From positions 1-40,059 of the IMG/VR virus record IMGVR_UViG_3300030330_002704: DNA of 40,059 nucleotides; one strand, written 5' to 3'. Shown in pieces: positions 1-7,932 of this stretch (the stretch's first letter is position 1; every line of letters begins with the position of its first letter). The notes under the pieces are model-generated. The model made no database searches and was not told the origin of the DNA. It saw only the letters and a program-made list of their open reading frames with translations. The position numbers and the translations under genes are program-made. This DNA is from a virus (taxonomy: Duplodnaviria > Caudoviricetes).

Positions 1-99
1 CACCTGGCGTACTACCAATATGGACCCGTTCTCTATGTCTACAACCATCTTTAGAACTCAGGCTGGCATCCTTGCTGCTTTGATTTCTAGGCCGGAAGG
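1..99. repeat. Terminal direct repeat, left copy (circular-assembly overlap)
   Basis: 2-99 identical to 39962-40059; base 1 is C versus T at 39961; a reading frame runs through the junction. Confidence 0.97.
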
Positions 100-844
100 A
101 TTGCTTACACGAGATGAGGTCTCTAAGCTGAGCACTCGTGACCAGTTTTACCAGAAGCTAAAGAAGGCACATCTGGGTGGTTACATGTTAAACCAGCGTG
201 AGGTAGCAAACCTCCTCTTCCTTGGTGGTTCTCCTGCTGGGCAGATCGGCATGGCTCTAATCTACGGTAAGCCCGCTCAACGGCCTGGGCCCGTTGAGGC
301 GGGCGATGTTATTAAGCCGCTGGGTGAAATGATTGTTGGTCCTGCGTTATTCCGTATGCTTGGGGATACTGCGACTGCATTGTTTGATCCAATGGCTGAG
401 CGTGGGAACCCTTTTACAAAGGTTCTTTCTCAGGTTGCTCCTGGTCGTCGTCGCTTTATTGAGCAAGAGAAACGCATTGGTGCGATGCCGTTTGAGTACG
501 GTGAGTCTTATAACCCTGAAGAAAAGCTTGCCGAGGTTTACGACTGGTGGCTTGAAAGCATCTTCTACCTTGGCTCTCGTCGTCGGGACTACCCAATCCT
601 AGTTCAACAGTTACTAAAGAAAGAGCGCTCTCGATTGGGTGCAAGTATCATGACTCCGTTTAGACAACGAATGAAAGATGCTTCTTCTATTGAGGAACGG
701 CAAAAGATCTCTGAAGCAATGAATACCTCTGTTAGAGTATTCAATGAAGTAATTGATAAGAAGCTTATTCAAACGGACAAGATGTTTCAGGGGTTAATCT
801 CTAGGGACAAGCAGTCCTACCTTGCCAGAGAGGGCAAACGATGA
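2..844 (+). CDS. C-terminal ~280 aa of the giant virion protein that starts at 32303 (not an independent gene)
   Basis: ...GVVSTWRTTNMDPFSMS... reads in frame across the terminal repeat; stop TGA at 842-844 overlaps next ATG (ATGA). Confidence 0.9.
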   Translation, partial: TWRTTNMDPFSMSTTIFRTQAGILAALISRPEGLLTRDEVSKLSTRDQFYQKLKKAHLGGYMLNQREVANLLFLGGSPAGQIGMALIYGKPAQRPGPVEAGDVIKPLGEMIVGPALFRMLGDTATALFDPMAERGNPFTKVLSQVAPGRRRFIEQEKRIGAMPFEYGESYNPEEKLAEVYDWWLESIFYLGSRRRDYPILVQQLLKKERSRLGASIMTPFRQRMKDASSIEERQKISEAMNTSVRVFNEVIDKKLIQTDKMFQGLISRDKQSYLAREGKR

Positions 845-1227
845 ACGACGGCTATCCCCGCAACTTTAGACCTAACGAGTTTTACTGCAAGTGCGGGAAG
901 TGCTTAGGTTTTCCTCCGAACAAGGCTGTTACCCGTCACCTGGCTTGGGTGCTTCAACAAATTAGGGACCTTGTTAATGTCCCTATTAAGATTACTTCTG
1001 CTTACCGTTGTGAGGAGCACAATAAGAATGTGGGTGGTTCTACTCATTCTCAACACAAGCTGGGATCTGCGGCTGACTTGCAAGCTAAGGGCATGAAGCC
1101 ACAACAACTCCACGCAGCCATTTTGGATTTAGTTGACTCTAAACGGATTCCTGAAGGCGGACTTGGATTATACAGCACATTCGTGCATTATGACATCCGT
1201 CCCAAGAAGGCTCGTTGGAATGGGTAA
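841..1227 (+). CDS. Peptidase M15A-family (Zn D-Ala-D-Ala-type) endolysin
   Basis: EFYCKCG, SAYRCEEHNKNVGGSTHSQHKLGSAAD and FVHYDIR motifs typical of Peptidase_M15_3. Confidence 0.9.
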   Translation: MNDGYPRNFRPNEFYCKCGKCLGFPPNKAVTRHLAWVLQQIRDLVNVPIKITSAYRCEEHNKNVGGSTHSQHKLGSAADLQAKGMKPQQLHAAILDLVDSKRIPEGGLGLYSTFVHYDIRPKKARWNG

Positions 1228-1960
1228 ACCACACAAAAAGAAACTGACGCCGACTTATAACGGTATCGTTGCTGCATATGAGTATGAAGGCATTACTCCT
1301 GGCATGATGTGGTTTGACTCCTCTGTTGGTACAAGGCCCAACGGAATAGCTTCTGGTGCTCCCTTCCCAAACTGGACTGGCTTGCCCGTCAGTCTGACCC
1401 CCCCTCCTTCTACCGTTCCTCCTTTCTTTGATGGTGTAGATGACGCTTGCGGTACTGGTCAGACTTACAATCCTGCTAGAAACACGGGCTTGGAGTACCT
1501 TTATCAGGAGCGCTCGTTGTCACTCGCTCCTGAAATGGAGCTCCCAACAACAGGAACTGTTGAGGTATGGTTTAAGCCTGCTGCTAATACAGGAAGCAGA
1601 AGCGTTGTCGCTTATCACTACCTGCTTAGAATGGGCACTAGCGGCGCAAATCACATGCTTTATATACAGGGATATGGGGTTCTTACAGGTCCATCAATGA
1701 GCGTTGGCACATGGTACCATTCGCTTCTTACTTTTACCTATGGTGGAACTTGTGACTGGTGGATTAATGGTACAAAGGTTTTAGCTGCTCAGACATTTAT
1801 GGCGACGCATACAAATAAGCGTGCATGGTATTTTGGAAATCATGAATCTGGTTCTTGGCCCTTCTCTGGCCAACTAGATACAGCTCGCTTTTACAACCGA
1901 GTGCTTACTGATGCCGAGATTGCTCGTAACTACCAGTCCGGTTTAAGGCTCCACCAATGA
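1220..1960 (+). CDS. LamG/concanavalin-A-like domain virion protein (receptor-binding/decoration)
   Basis: TVEVWFK...WYHSLLTF...WWING...FSGQLDTARFYNRVLTDAEIARNY LamG signature; ATG 1220 overlaps endolysin end and is preferred to the track's start at 1133. Confidence 0.8.
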   Translation: MGKPHKKKLTPTYNGIVAAYEYEGITPGMMWFDSSVGTRPNGIASGAPFPNWTGLPVSLTPPPSTVPPFFDGVDDACGTGQTYNPARNTGLEYLYQERSLSLAPEMELPTTGTVEVWFKPAANTGSRSVVAYHYLLRMGTSGANHMLYIQGYGVLTGPSMSVGTWYHSLLTFTYGGTCDWWINGTKVLAAQTFMATHTNKRAWYFGNHESGSWPFSGQLDTARFYNRVLTDAEIARNYQSGLRLHQ

Positions 1961-2178
1961 CTGTTTATTATCGCGGCCCTATTAGTAGCCTTGAAACAAT
2001 GCCTATTAATGTGATTGAGGGGTCGTATGTAATTAGGCGGAACCTTGAAGGGAACGAAGGCATTGCTGCTACTAGAGAACTTCAAGATCCGCTTCCCGAT
2101 AAAGTGTCTGTTCTGACGCACGAGGAAGCGCAAGAGCTTGTCCGCACACCCGAGTATTCACCCCCTGATAAGGAATAG
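1957..2178 (+). CDS. Small hypothetical protein, possible partner/chaperone of the LamG protein
   Basis: ATGA-coupled to LamG gene; 73 aa. Confidence 0.7.
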   Translation: MTVYYRGPISSLETMPINVIEGSYVIRRNLEGNEGIAATRELQDPLPDKVSVLTHEEAQELVRTPEYSPPDKE

Positions 2179-2180
2179 AA

Positions 2181-2465
2181 ATGGTTGCCCTGAATTCTAA
2201 GTTTAATAGCAACAACCCTGTATGGAGTGGACTAACCACTACAACTACGGCTGCTGCTTCATCTACAAGTAACCATGTTGCTATTACGCAGTATGCAATT
2301 ATTGATAACCAGTCTGGGGGGAATATTCAGATTCGTCCTAGTGGTGGATCTAATGGTATTTCTCTAGCACCGGGTGAGTCGTTCTCTGTGGCGTTCGAGA
2401 TTGGTACTAAGTTTGATATTGTTAATTCTGGAGCAGCGGATGCTGTTCTTCTTTGGCTTGAATAG
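2181..2465 (+). CDS. Hypothetical beta-rich virion protein
   Basis: RBS AAGGA; S/T/G/N-rich 94 aa with IIDNQSGGNIQI...ISLAPGESFSV beta-sandwich-like pattern. Confidence 0.7.
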   Translation: MVALNSKFNSNNPVWSGLTTTTTAAASSTSNHVAITQYAIIDNQSGGNIQIRPSGGSNGISLAPGESFSVAFEIGTKFDIVNSGAADAVLLWLE

Positions 2466-2474
2466 GAGGCCGTC

Positions 2475-2690
2475 ATGGCATTTAAGTTAACTGTTTACCC
2501 TGGTGGCCCTGATGTCTCTGGCATTAAGGGGAAGAAGAGCACTCCTGATGACTCAGGTGTCTTTGAGCTTGTCTGTGATGACGATCAACTCGAAGCATTT
2601 AAAGAGCTGGGATACCCACCCGGACTGAGTTTTATGGCTATTGCAGAAGAGACTAAGAAGAAGGCCACGAAGAAGAAAGCGAAGAAGTAA
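2475..2690 (+). CDS. Hypothetical protein with Lys-rich tail
   Basis: RBS AGGAGG; ends KKKATKKKAKK. Confidence 0.75.
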   Translation: MAFKLTVYPGGPDVSGIKGKKSTPDDSGVFELVCDDDQLEAFKELGYPPGLSFMAIAEETKKKATKKKAKK

Positions 2691-2800
2691 TGCCTGGTTA
2701 TCATTCCCCCAAGCCTATGAAGTCTTATACTAGTAAGCGATCTAAAGCTGCTGCCAAGTTAGCGACTAAGAAACCTAAACCAATGAAGAGTGCGTACTAA
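2690..2800 (+). CDS. 36-aa basic peptide (below the ORF-track cutoff)
   Basis: MPGYHSPKPMKSYTSKRSKAAAKLATKKPKPMKSAY; TAATG-coupled at both ends, fills the gap exactly. Confidence 0.7.
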   Translation: MPGYHSPKPMKSYTSKRSKAAAKLATKKPKPMKSAY

Positions 2801-3021
2801 TGTCTGATAAAATGAAATCTCGTAAGCTGTGGCTGTCTATTTTGGCAGCAGTGCTGCCTATCTTAGCCAAGCATTTCTTTCCGACGCTTCCGACTGAAGC
2901 CATCATTGCTTCTTCGCTGGGTGCAGTAGCTGGTGTCATGGGTATCAGTATGGAAGATGTTGCTAAGCAGAAGCGTGCTGCTGTTGAGGCTGCTTCCGCA
3001 AACCCCGAGAAGGGGGACTGA
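2800..3021 (+). CDS. Holin-like two-TM membrane protein (0-frame product)
   Basis: N-terminal KSRKLW followed by two hydrophobic segments and a charged tail; near the endolysin. Confidence 0.7.
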   Translation: MSDKMKSRKLWLSILAAVLPILAKHFFPTLPTEAIIASSLGAVAGVMGISMEDVAKQKRAAVEAASANPEKGD

Positions 3022-3045
3022 CCGCTCTTCGGCGGTCAGCCCCCT
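2986..3045 (+). promoter_or_regulatory. Candidate -1 programmed ribosomal frameshift signal
   Basis: GAGG at 2986-2989, 10 nt upstream of in-register heptamer A_AAC_CCC (3000-3006); 14-bp hairpin AGGGGG-A-CTGACCGC/TCTTCG/GCGGTCAG-CCCCCT at 3011-3045. Confidence 0.55.
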
Positions 3046-3242
3046 CCCTGTTTCTAAAGGATCATGAGTCAGGTGGACTGGATCTTCTCGCAAGAGCTAA
3101 TGTGGATCGGTGGGATACTTCTCTTGTCGCTCGTCACCGTGTTAGGGACAGAGTGGATGCGATCGCTTCCCTGGAAGCGGGTTCAGAGTGGGGCAAACCA
3201 GTGGGATGGGCCGCAACGGCCGGATTAAAGATGAGGTGGTAA
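3000..3242 (+). CDS. -1-frame extension of the holin-like gene (beta-strand domain ending ...GWAATAGLKMRW)
   Basis: Frame open from TGA 2985-2987 to TAA 3240-3242, abutting the next ATG at 3243; only ATG is 3 codons from the end. Confidence 0.55.
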   Translation, partial: KPREGGLTALRRSAPSLFLKDHESGGLDLLARANVDRWDTSLVARHRVRDRVDAIASLEAGSEWGKPVGWAATAGLKMRW

Positions 3243-4346
3243 ATGGCTTCTAGGCAGAAAAAGAAAGAATCTAAAGCATCTAAGCGAGCAGCTAAGAGGG
3301 CTGCTGCTGCTAGAGTCAAGGCACAGAAGACTCAGCGCCCTGGTCCTGGAGGTGGTTTTGAGTACAAGCCTCCGAAGTTGAAGCCTATTGTTTCTAAGGC
3401 TGAACTGGACAATCGCCTTGCTAGGGCGCGAAGGAGGGCTGACCCAGGTACTACAGGCAAGATCTTTCGAGCTGGTGAAATGGCTACACCGGGGCCAACC
3501 AAGCTTCGCTTAAGAGATATAGGAGACCGGTTTTATGAAAGCGATTTCGGCCTGTCGAGGGCACAGGATCTTGATAAGGGTCCAAAAGAAGGTGTGAGCG
3601 AAGCTCGCAGAGTGGGCCGAGCGAAGGAGCTGGAGCGAATTACTCAGCAGCAGAGGCTTGATGATTTAAAGAAGAGCAGGAAGGATAGTCAAACCAGAAG
3701 CAGGAAGATCCGAAGACTGGCTGCAAAAAGATCTGTAGAGCGAAAGGTCAGAGAACGAGCAAAAGAAAAAGCAACGGGCAAGTCAAAGAAGCAAGTGCTT
3801 GGGCCTCACCATGACGTAGTTAGACCTCCTGTTCAGGGTGCCCGAAAGCCGCCGATTCATGGCCCTGACAAGCCTCCTCGCCTGGGACCAGATAAGATGG
3901 TTCAAGGCGCTGATCTCCCAAGCAAGTACGACAAAGGGTTCCTCGGTCCTATGAAGAAGATGGACTACAAGGCGCCAACGAAGAAGGTTCCGAAGGGCGC
4001 TGTTAAGAAAGCTCCTCGTAAGATTAAAGGTCGTGGTGTTATTGGGGCTATTGGAAGTGTAGCGATTCCTTATCTTGTGGGTAGAGCCACGAAGAGCCGC
4101 AGGAACTTAGAGATGGCTAAGAAGCGTAGGGCGGCTGAGGAAGAGAACCCAAAGGTTAAACCCGTTAAATTTAGAACTCGTATTATTCCAGAGCCTAAAG
4201 CCATTCCCCGTAAGCCCCGTAAGCCTAAAGGCAAAGGCAAGTTTCCGGGTTTAAAAATCTTTAGCAAAGAAGAGAGCCGCAAAAGGGCTAAAGAGCGGGA
4301 AGAGCGCGATCGCCAGGTAATGCGTTTTCCCTCCAAGGAAAAGTAA
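3243..4346 (+). CDS. Very basic Lys/Arg-rich, probably disordered protein (putative DNA-condensing internal protein)
   Basis: RBS GAGGTG; 367 aa dominated by K/R/P/G; TAATG coupling to next gene. Confidence 0.75.
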   Translation: MASRQKKKESKASKRAAKRAAAARVKAQKTQRPGPGGGFEYKPPKLKPIVSKAELDNRLARARRRADPGTTGKIFRAGEMATPGPTKLRLRDIGDRFYESDFGLSRAQDLDKGPKEGVSEARRVGRAKELERITQQQRLDDLKKSRKDSQTRSRKIRRLAAKRSVERKVRERAKEKATGKSKKQVLGPHHDVVRPPVQGARKPPIHGPDKPPRLGPDKMVQGADLPSKYDKGFLGPMKKMDYKAPTKKVPKGAVKKAPRKIKGRGVIGAIGSVAIPYLVGRATKSRRNLEMAKKRRAAEEENPKVKPVKFRTRIIPEPKAIPRKPRKPKGKGKFPGLKIFSKEESRKRAKEREERDRQVMRFPSKEK

Positions 4347-4720
4347 TGGCTATTCCTGACGGAGGTTCTGCTGGCAGGCGAGCCGCAATGCTTATGGCCA
4401 AGAAGAGGAAGAAGGGGCGTTCTCCAGATGCGCCTCCTGTTGGTGACGCAGGAAAGCGGCTTGCTGATTTAGCTAGGTCGTCTTCGTCTGCGCGAATGAA
4501 GAATCCCGTAACAAATCCTCTTATGGCTTTTACTGATACTGACAACTTTCGTTCTATCGTTGATGATTATGTTGTGGATACGAGGAGTCCAGAAGGTGCT
4601 ATTACCGATGTTCTTATGACCATCCTTGGTACCAAGGGGCTGTCGTTGGCTGGTAAGGGTATCAAGAAAGGTTACTCTGCTATTCGTTCTAAGGCAGCAA
4701 AGAAGATGCGGTCTAATTAA
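4346..4720 (+). CDS. Basic hypothetical protein
   Basis: TAATG-coupled at both ends; 124 aa. Confidence 0.75.
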   Translation: MAIPDGGSAGRRAAMLMAKKRKKGRSPDAPPVGDAGKRLADLARSSSSARMKNPVTNPLMAFTDTDNFRSIVDDYVVDTRSPEGAITDVLMTILGTKGLSLAGKGIKKGYSAIRSKAAKKMRSN

Positions 4721-4950
4721 TGGCACGGGATTACCGTAGAGAATATGATACGTTCCATGCTCGGCCTGCTGAGATCCGTAAGCGTGCCGCACGTAATAAG
4801 GCACGTTCAATGATGGCGAAAGAAGGCAAGGTAAGAAAGCATGATAGTAAAGACGTTGACCATGTTCTGCCCTTGAAGAATGGCGGCGGTAACGGCAGGG
4901 CTAACTTGCGTGTTTCTTCTATTACTAAGAACCGTAGTCGAAAGACTTGA
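4720..4950 (+). CDS. Small HNH endonuclease-like protein
   Basis: RDYRREY...KRAARNKAR...KDVDHVLPLKNGGGNGRANLRV...NRS: minimal HNH family common in environmental podoviruses. Confidence 0.85.
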   Translation: MARDYRREYDTFHARPAEIRKRAARNKARSMMAKEGKVRKHDSKDVDHVLPLKNGGGNGRANLRVSSITKNRSRKT

Positions 4951-4962
4951 TTAGGAATTGTT

Positions 4963-5703
4963 ATGGCTGAGCGTAAGTTAACTGAAGCGGAAATGGCTAA
5001 GATACGTGAGCGGGTTGAAAGGGATGGCGCTGTAAAGGCCTTTTATCACTACCGTGATAACCTTGACAGCTTTGGGGGCAGGGGGGATTTGGTCCTGGCT
5101 TACGCTTCAGAACTTTCTAAAGATGAGGCGGCAAAGAAAGTTGGTCCTTCTAAAAAAGGCAAGCGTCGTCCTCCGACTGAGGCTGAAATAAAGTCACTTA
5201 AAAGCGGCAAGGCTGTTGTTAGGAACAAGCCTGTTGATCTTGATGATCCAAGGTTTGACTATGCTGATGCTGAGGCCCGAGGCCGCAGGGTTCAAAGGCG
5301 TGAGGCGTTAGCTGCTGCTGCAGCGGGCAGGGAGCTAACTCCCGAACAAGAAGCTGCTTTTGTGAGCGATACTGGTCCTGGCATTAGTGACTACCTTGTT
5401 GGTGGTTACCTTACCAGCAAGGGAGCCCAGCACCTGTTTAGGCCAGAAGGTACGCTTAGGAATTTGGATAAAGCGGAAGGGTTTCTACCTAAAGGTCTCA
5501 GGGCTGTAGTTAAGGGTGTTAAGGCTGGTGCCAGGGCTATGGGTAATGTCCGTGTAACAACGAAGACTCGGCAGGAAGCAGCTAAGAAGTTGGCAGAAAG
5601 TAAGGGCATTCGTACTGGTAAACGAAAGGCTTTAGAACAGGCTTCTAGAGAGAGAAAGATAGAGGCTAAAAGAAAAGAGTTACGTAAGGCTAAGGCTAAG
5701 TAA
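4963..5703 (+). CDS. Basic hypothetical protein, last gene of the plus-strand arm
   Basis: RBS AGGA; 246 aa; 3' end overlaps the helicase 3' end by 8 nt. Confidence 0.75.
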   Translation: MAERKLTEAEMAKIRERVERDGAVKAFYHYRDNLDSFGGRGDLVLAYASELSKDEAAKKVGPSKKGKRRPPTEAEIKSLKSGKAVVRNKPVDLDDPRFDYADAEARGRRVQRREALAAAAAGRELTPEQEAAFVSDTGPGISDYLVGGYLTSKGAQHLFRPEGTLRNLDKAEGFLPKGLRAVVKGVKAGARAMGNVRVTTKTRQEAAKKLAESKGIRTGKRKALEQASRERKIEAKRKELRKAKAK

Positions 5704-6988
5704 TAATAAGCTGAAATCTATGGAACTGTAGTTCTGGCTCTAGCTTATAGTCTCTTGGGATACCGAATCTGTTCTTCTCTACAGCTAGCGTAGTGTGGCG
5801 TTCATCCTCATCTACTGGCTTGCTTAACAGCATTACAATATCTGCGTCCTGTTCGATCTCTCCAGAGTCTCTGAGGTCTTTCATAGTGGGCCGGCGATTG
5901 ACCGCCGTCCCACGATTCAGTTGAGAGCATGCAAGTACTGGTACTTCTAGTTCTCTAGCCAATGCTTTGAGCCGCTTAGATACTGATCCGATTGCTTCTG
6001 ACTTGGTTGCAAAGCTGTCTTCCATCGGCTGCATGCTGGATAAAAAGTCACAGACAATCATCTTGATCTTATGCTTCTTGGAGATCTGATGAGCATGGTT
6101 AACAAGTTGCTCCAGCTTGGTAGTGTAAACTACATGCAGCCTAGACATCTCGGCAGAGTGATGACCGGCTCTCCATAAGATACTCTTAATCTCTTCAGCA
6201 TTACCCTCTTGGAAGGGAGTGACACAGTTAGTGCCAGTTACCATGCTCAGTGCTTTTAGTCCGATTTCTGACGGGTCCATTTCTACACTACAGTAAAGAA
6301 CATGGGCTTCGGGATCCATCTTAAGAACCTGCATAGATAGCTGAGTGGACAGTGTAGTCTTGCCTACTCCTGGTCGTGCGCCGAGTACAATAAGTCTGCC
6401 TGGGGACAGGCGCACACATTTGTCAAAGCTACTCCAGCCAGTGCGTACAGCGGGCATAAAGGTTTGCTTGGCTCCGTTAACAACTCCGTCAAGAGCAGTA
6501 GCTATGTTGGTGGATCCCTTCCTGCGTTTCTCTAGAAGACTAAGCAGTTCCCGTGTCTCTGCCTCTGCTGCCTCAAGTTCTGCCTCACCACTAAATGCAG
6601 CCTTTAGCGCCCTGTTAGCAGTCTCACCAATGCAGCGCATCTTATGCCGTTTGACGATGGTGTTTCTAGCTTGAGTGATGTCAACAAACCCTGTGCCGCA
6701 CTGCTCAATAACTTCATAGATATACTCTTCGCCTCCTGCTGTTTGGATAGCAGACTTATCTCGCAGGAACTCAACAGTCCCTCCCGGTGTAGCAGACCCA
6801 TTGTCTTTGATCTGTGCCTGAATAGCATGGAAGATAAGCTGGTGGCTTTGAGACAGAAAGTTATTGCGTCCAATGTTCTCAATCCACTCGTGGGGAGGCT
6901 CTATTGAGAGCATCAGGTTGCCAAGATAAGACTGCTCAGTTGCCAGTGTGGACTTAACTAAGGGGGTTGGCTCCGAAGAATCGTGCAT
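5696..6988 (-). CDS. dnaB: Replicative DnaB-family helicase
   Basis: N-terminal EQSYLG...HQLIFHAI domain; Walker A GARPGVGKT; SVEM; CDFL; SQLNR; LRDSGEIEQDAD; KNRFG. Confidence 0.95.
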   Translation of the reverse strand: MHDSSEPTPLVKSTLATEQSYLGNLMLSIEPPHEWIENIGRNNFLSQSHQLIFHAIQAQIKDNGSATPGGTVEFLRDKSAIQTAGGEEYIYEVIEQCGTGFVDITQARNTIVKRHKMRCIGETANRALKAAFSGEAELEAAEAETRELLSLLEKRRKGSTNIATALDGVVNGAKQTFMPAVRTGWSSFDKCVRLSPGRLIVLGARPGVGKTTLSTQLSMQVLKMDPEAHVLYCSVEMDPSEIGLKALSMVTGTNCVTPFQEGNAEEIKSILWRAGHHSAEMSRLHVVYTTKLEQLVNHAHQISKKHKIKMIVCDFLSSMQPMEDSFATKSEAIGSVSKRLKALARELEVPVLACSQLNRGTAVNRRPTMKDLRDSGEIEQDADIVMLLSKPVDEDERHTTLAVEKNRFGIPRDYKLEPELQFHRFQLIIT

Positions 6989-7505
6989 ATTGACTTTGCC
7001 TCAAGCAATAAAGAGCACAAGCTGCTGCATCTGCTGCATGCTCTCGTTGGGTTTTGGGTAACAGGACAAGGTGTGGTTTAAGTTCTGGGTGCAGTTTGCA
7101 TACCGCTGCCTCTACAGATTTCTTGCTTGCTGATCCAGAGCCACAGAATTCTTTCTTAATATCTTTAGGGCTATACTGATCTATTGCCCCTCCAACATTA
7201 AATGCTGCTGAATAAACAGCTCCCCGTGCCATTCCGACTAGCTTGTCACTTGGCATGCGAGTCCAGCTTTCAGCTTCAATAGCCCAAATGGTTCGTGGTC
7301 TAGGCTCAGGTATGTCAGCCATCAAGGCTCCAAAGATCTGGGCTGTACGCTCTGCGTTGTCTACCCACTTAGGTACCTTGCGTCCTGACTTTGCTGTTCT
7401 AATGGTGGTTGCCTTGGTGAAGCGGTAGGACCCGCCCTCCCTTTGCAGGAGGGCGAGTCCCATGCTTGCAAATCCTGGGTCAATCCCAATGATCAGAGGT
7501 TCCAT
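6954..7505 (-). CDS. ruvC: RuvC-like Holliday junction resolvase
   Basis: IIGIDPG, catalytic E in AIEA, YSPKDIKK...GSGSASKKSV, HAADAAACA. Confidence 0.9.
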   Translation of the reverse strand: MEPLIIGIDPGFASMGLALLQREGGSYRFTKATTIRTAKSGRKVPKWVDNAERTAQIFGALMADIPEPRPRTIWAIEAESWTRMPSDKLVGMARGAVYSAAFNVGGAIDQYSPKDIKKEFCGSGSASKKSVEAAVCKLHPELKPHLVLLPKTQREHAADAAACALYCLRQSQYARFFGANPLS

Positions 7506-7921
7506 TAGAAAGGAATCTCATCAACCTGCTGGTCTCCGAGCGGAGTAACAGATTTTACATTGATGTAAACTTTCTCACCATTGCTACGTTGAACAGTCTC
7601 AACAGTGTAGTTACGACCCTGGCATCCAGCTACAGCCTTAGCCCATTCGTCAAAGTTACTGGGCGTACCCTGGAGTCCAAAGGACTTGTAGATACGTGCT
7701 GCCTTCCAGGCAACAGTGTCGATGTGCTTGACCGTATCCCAGATACGACGAGTCTTGTTCTCACCGCTGGTGATTTCATACTCCATTGTGGTCTGCATTT
7801 GCTGGTCAAAAGGATTGGCATCAGTAGTCACATCCTTTAGCTTAGCCTCGTAAGAGCCTTCGGGAAGGGGCTCGAACTCAGTGTTTTCGGTAGGGGCGAA
7901 GGCATCTGCGAAAGTACTCAT
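7505..7921 (-). CDS. Single-stranded DNA-binding protein (DUF669-like)
   Basis: FEPLPEGSYEAKL N-terminus, OB-fold-like core, acidic DEIPF C-terminus. Confidence 0.85.
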   Translation of the reverse strand: MSTFADAFAPTENTEFEPLPEGSYEAKLKDVTTDANPFDQQMQTTMEYEITSGENKTRRIWDTVKHIDTVAWKAARIYKSFGLQGTPSNFDEWAKAVAGCQGRNYTVETVQRSNGEKVYINVKSVTPLGDQQVDEIPF

Positions 7922-7932
7922 TGTATTGTCTC

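Noticed and set aside
20-844. Independent 274-aa gene
   Set aside because: It is the in-frame C-terminus of the giant ORF across the circular junction
3011-3045. Holin hairpin as an ordinary intrinsic terminator
   Set aside because: Overlaps the stop codon, lacks an adjacent U tract and sits mid-operon; not fully excluded
3327-3344. KTQRPG shared between the 367-aa basic protein and the giant protein
   Set aside because: Single hexapeptide in low-complexity regions; chance is plausible
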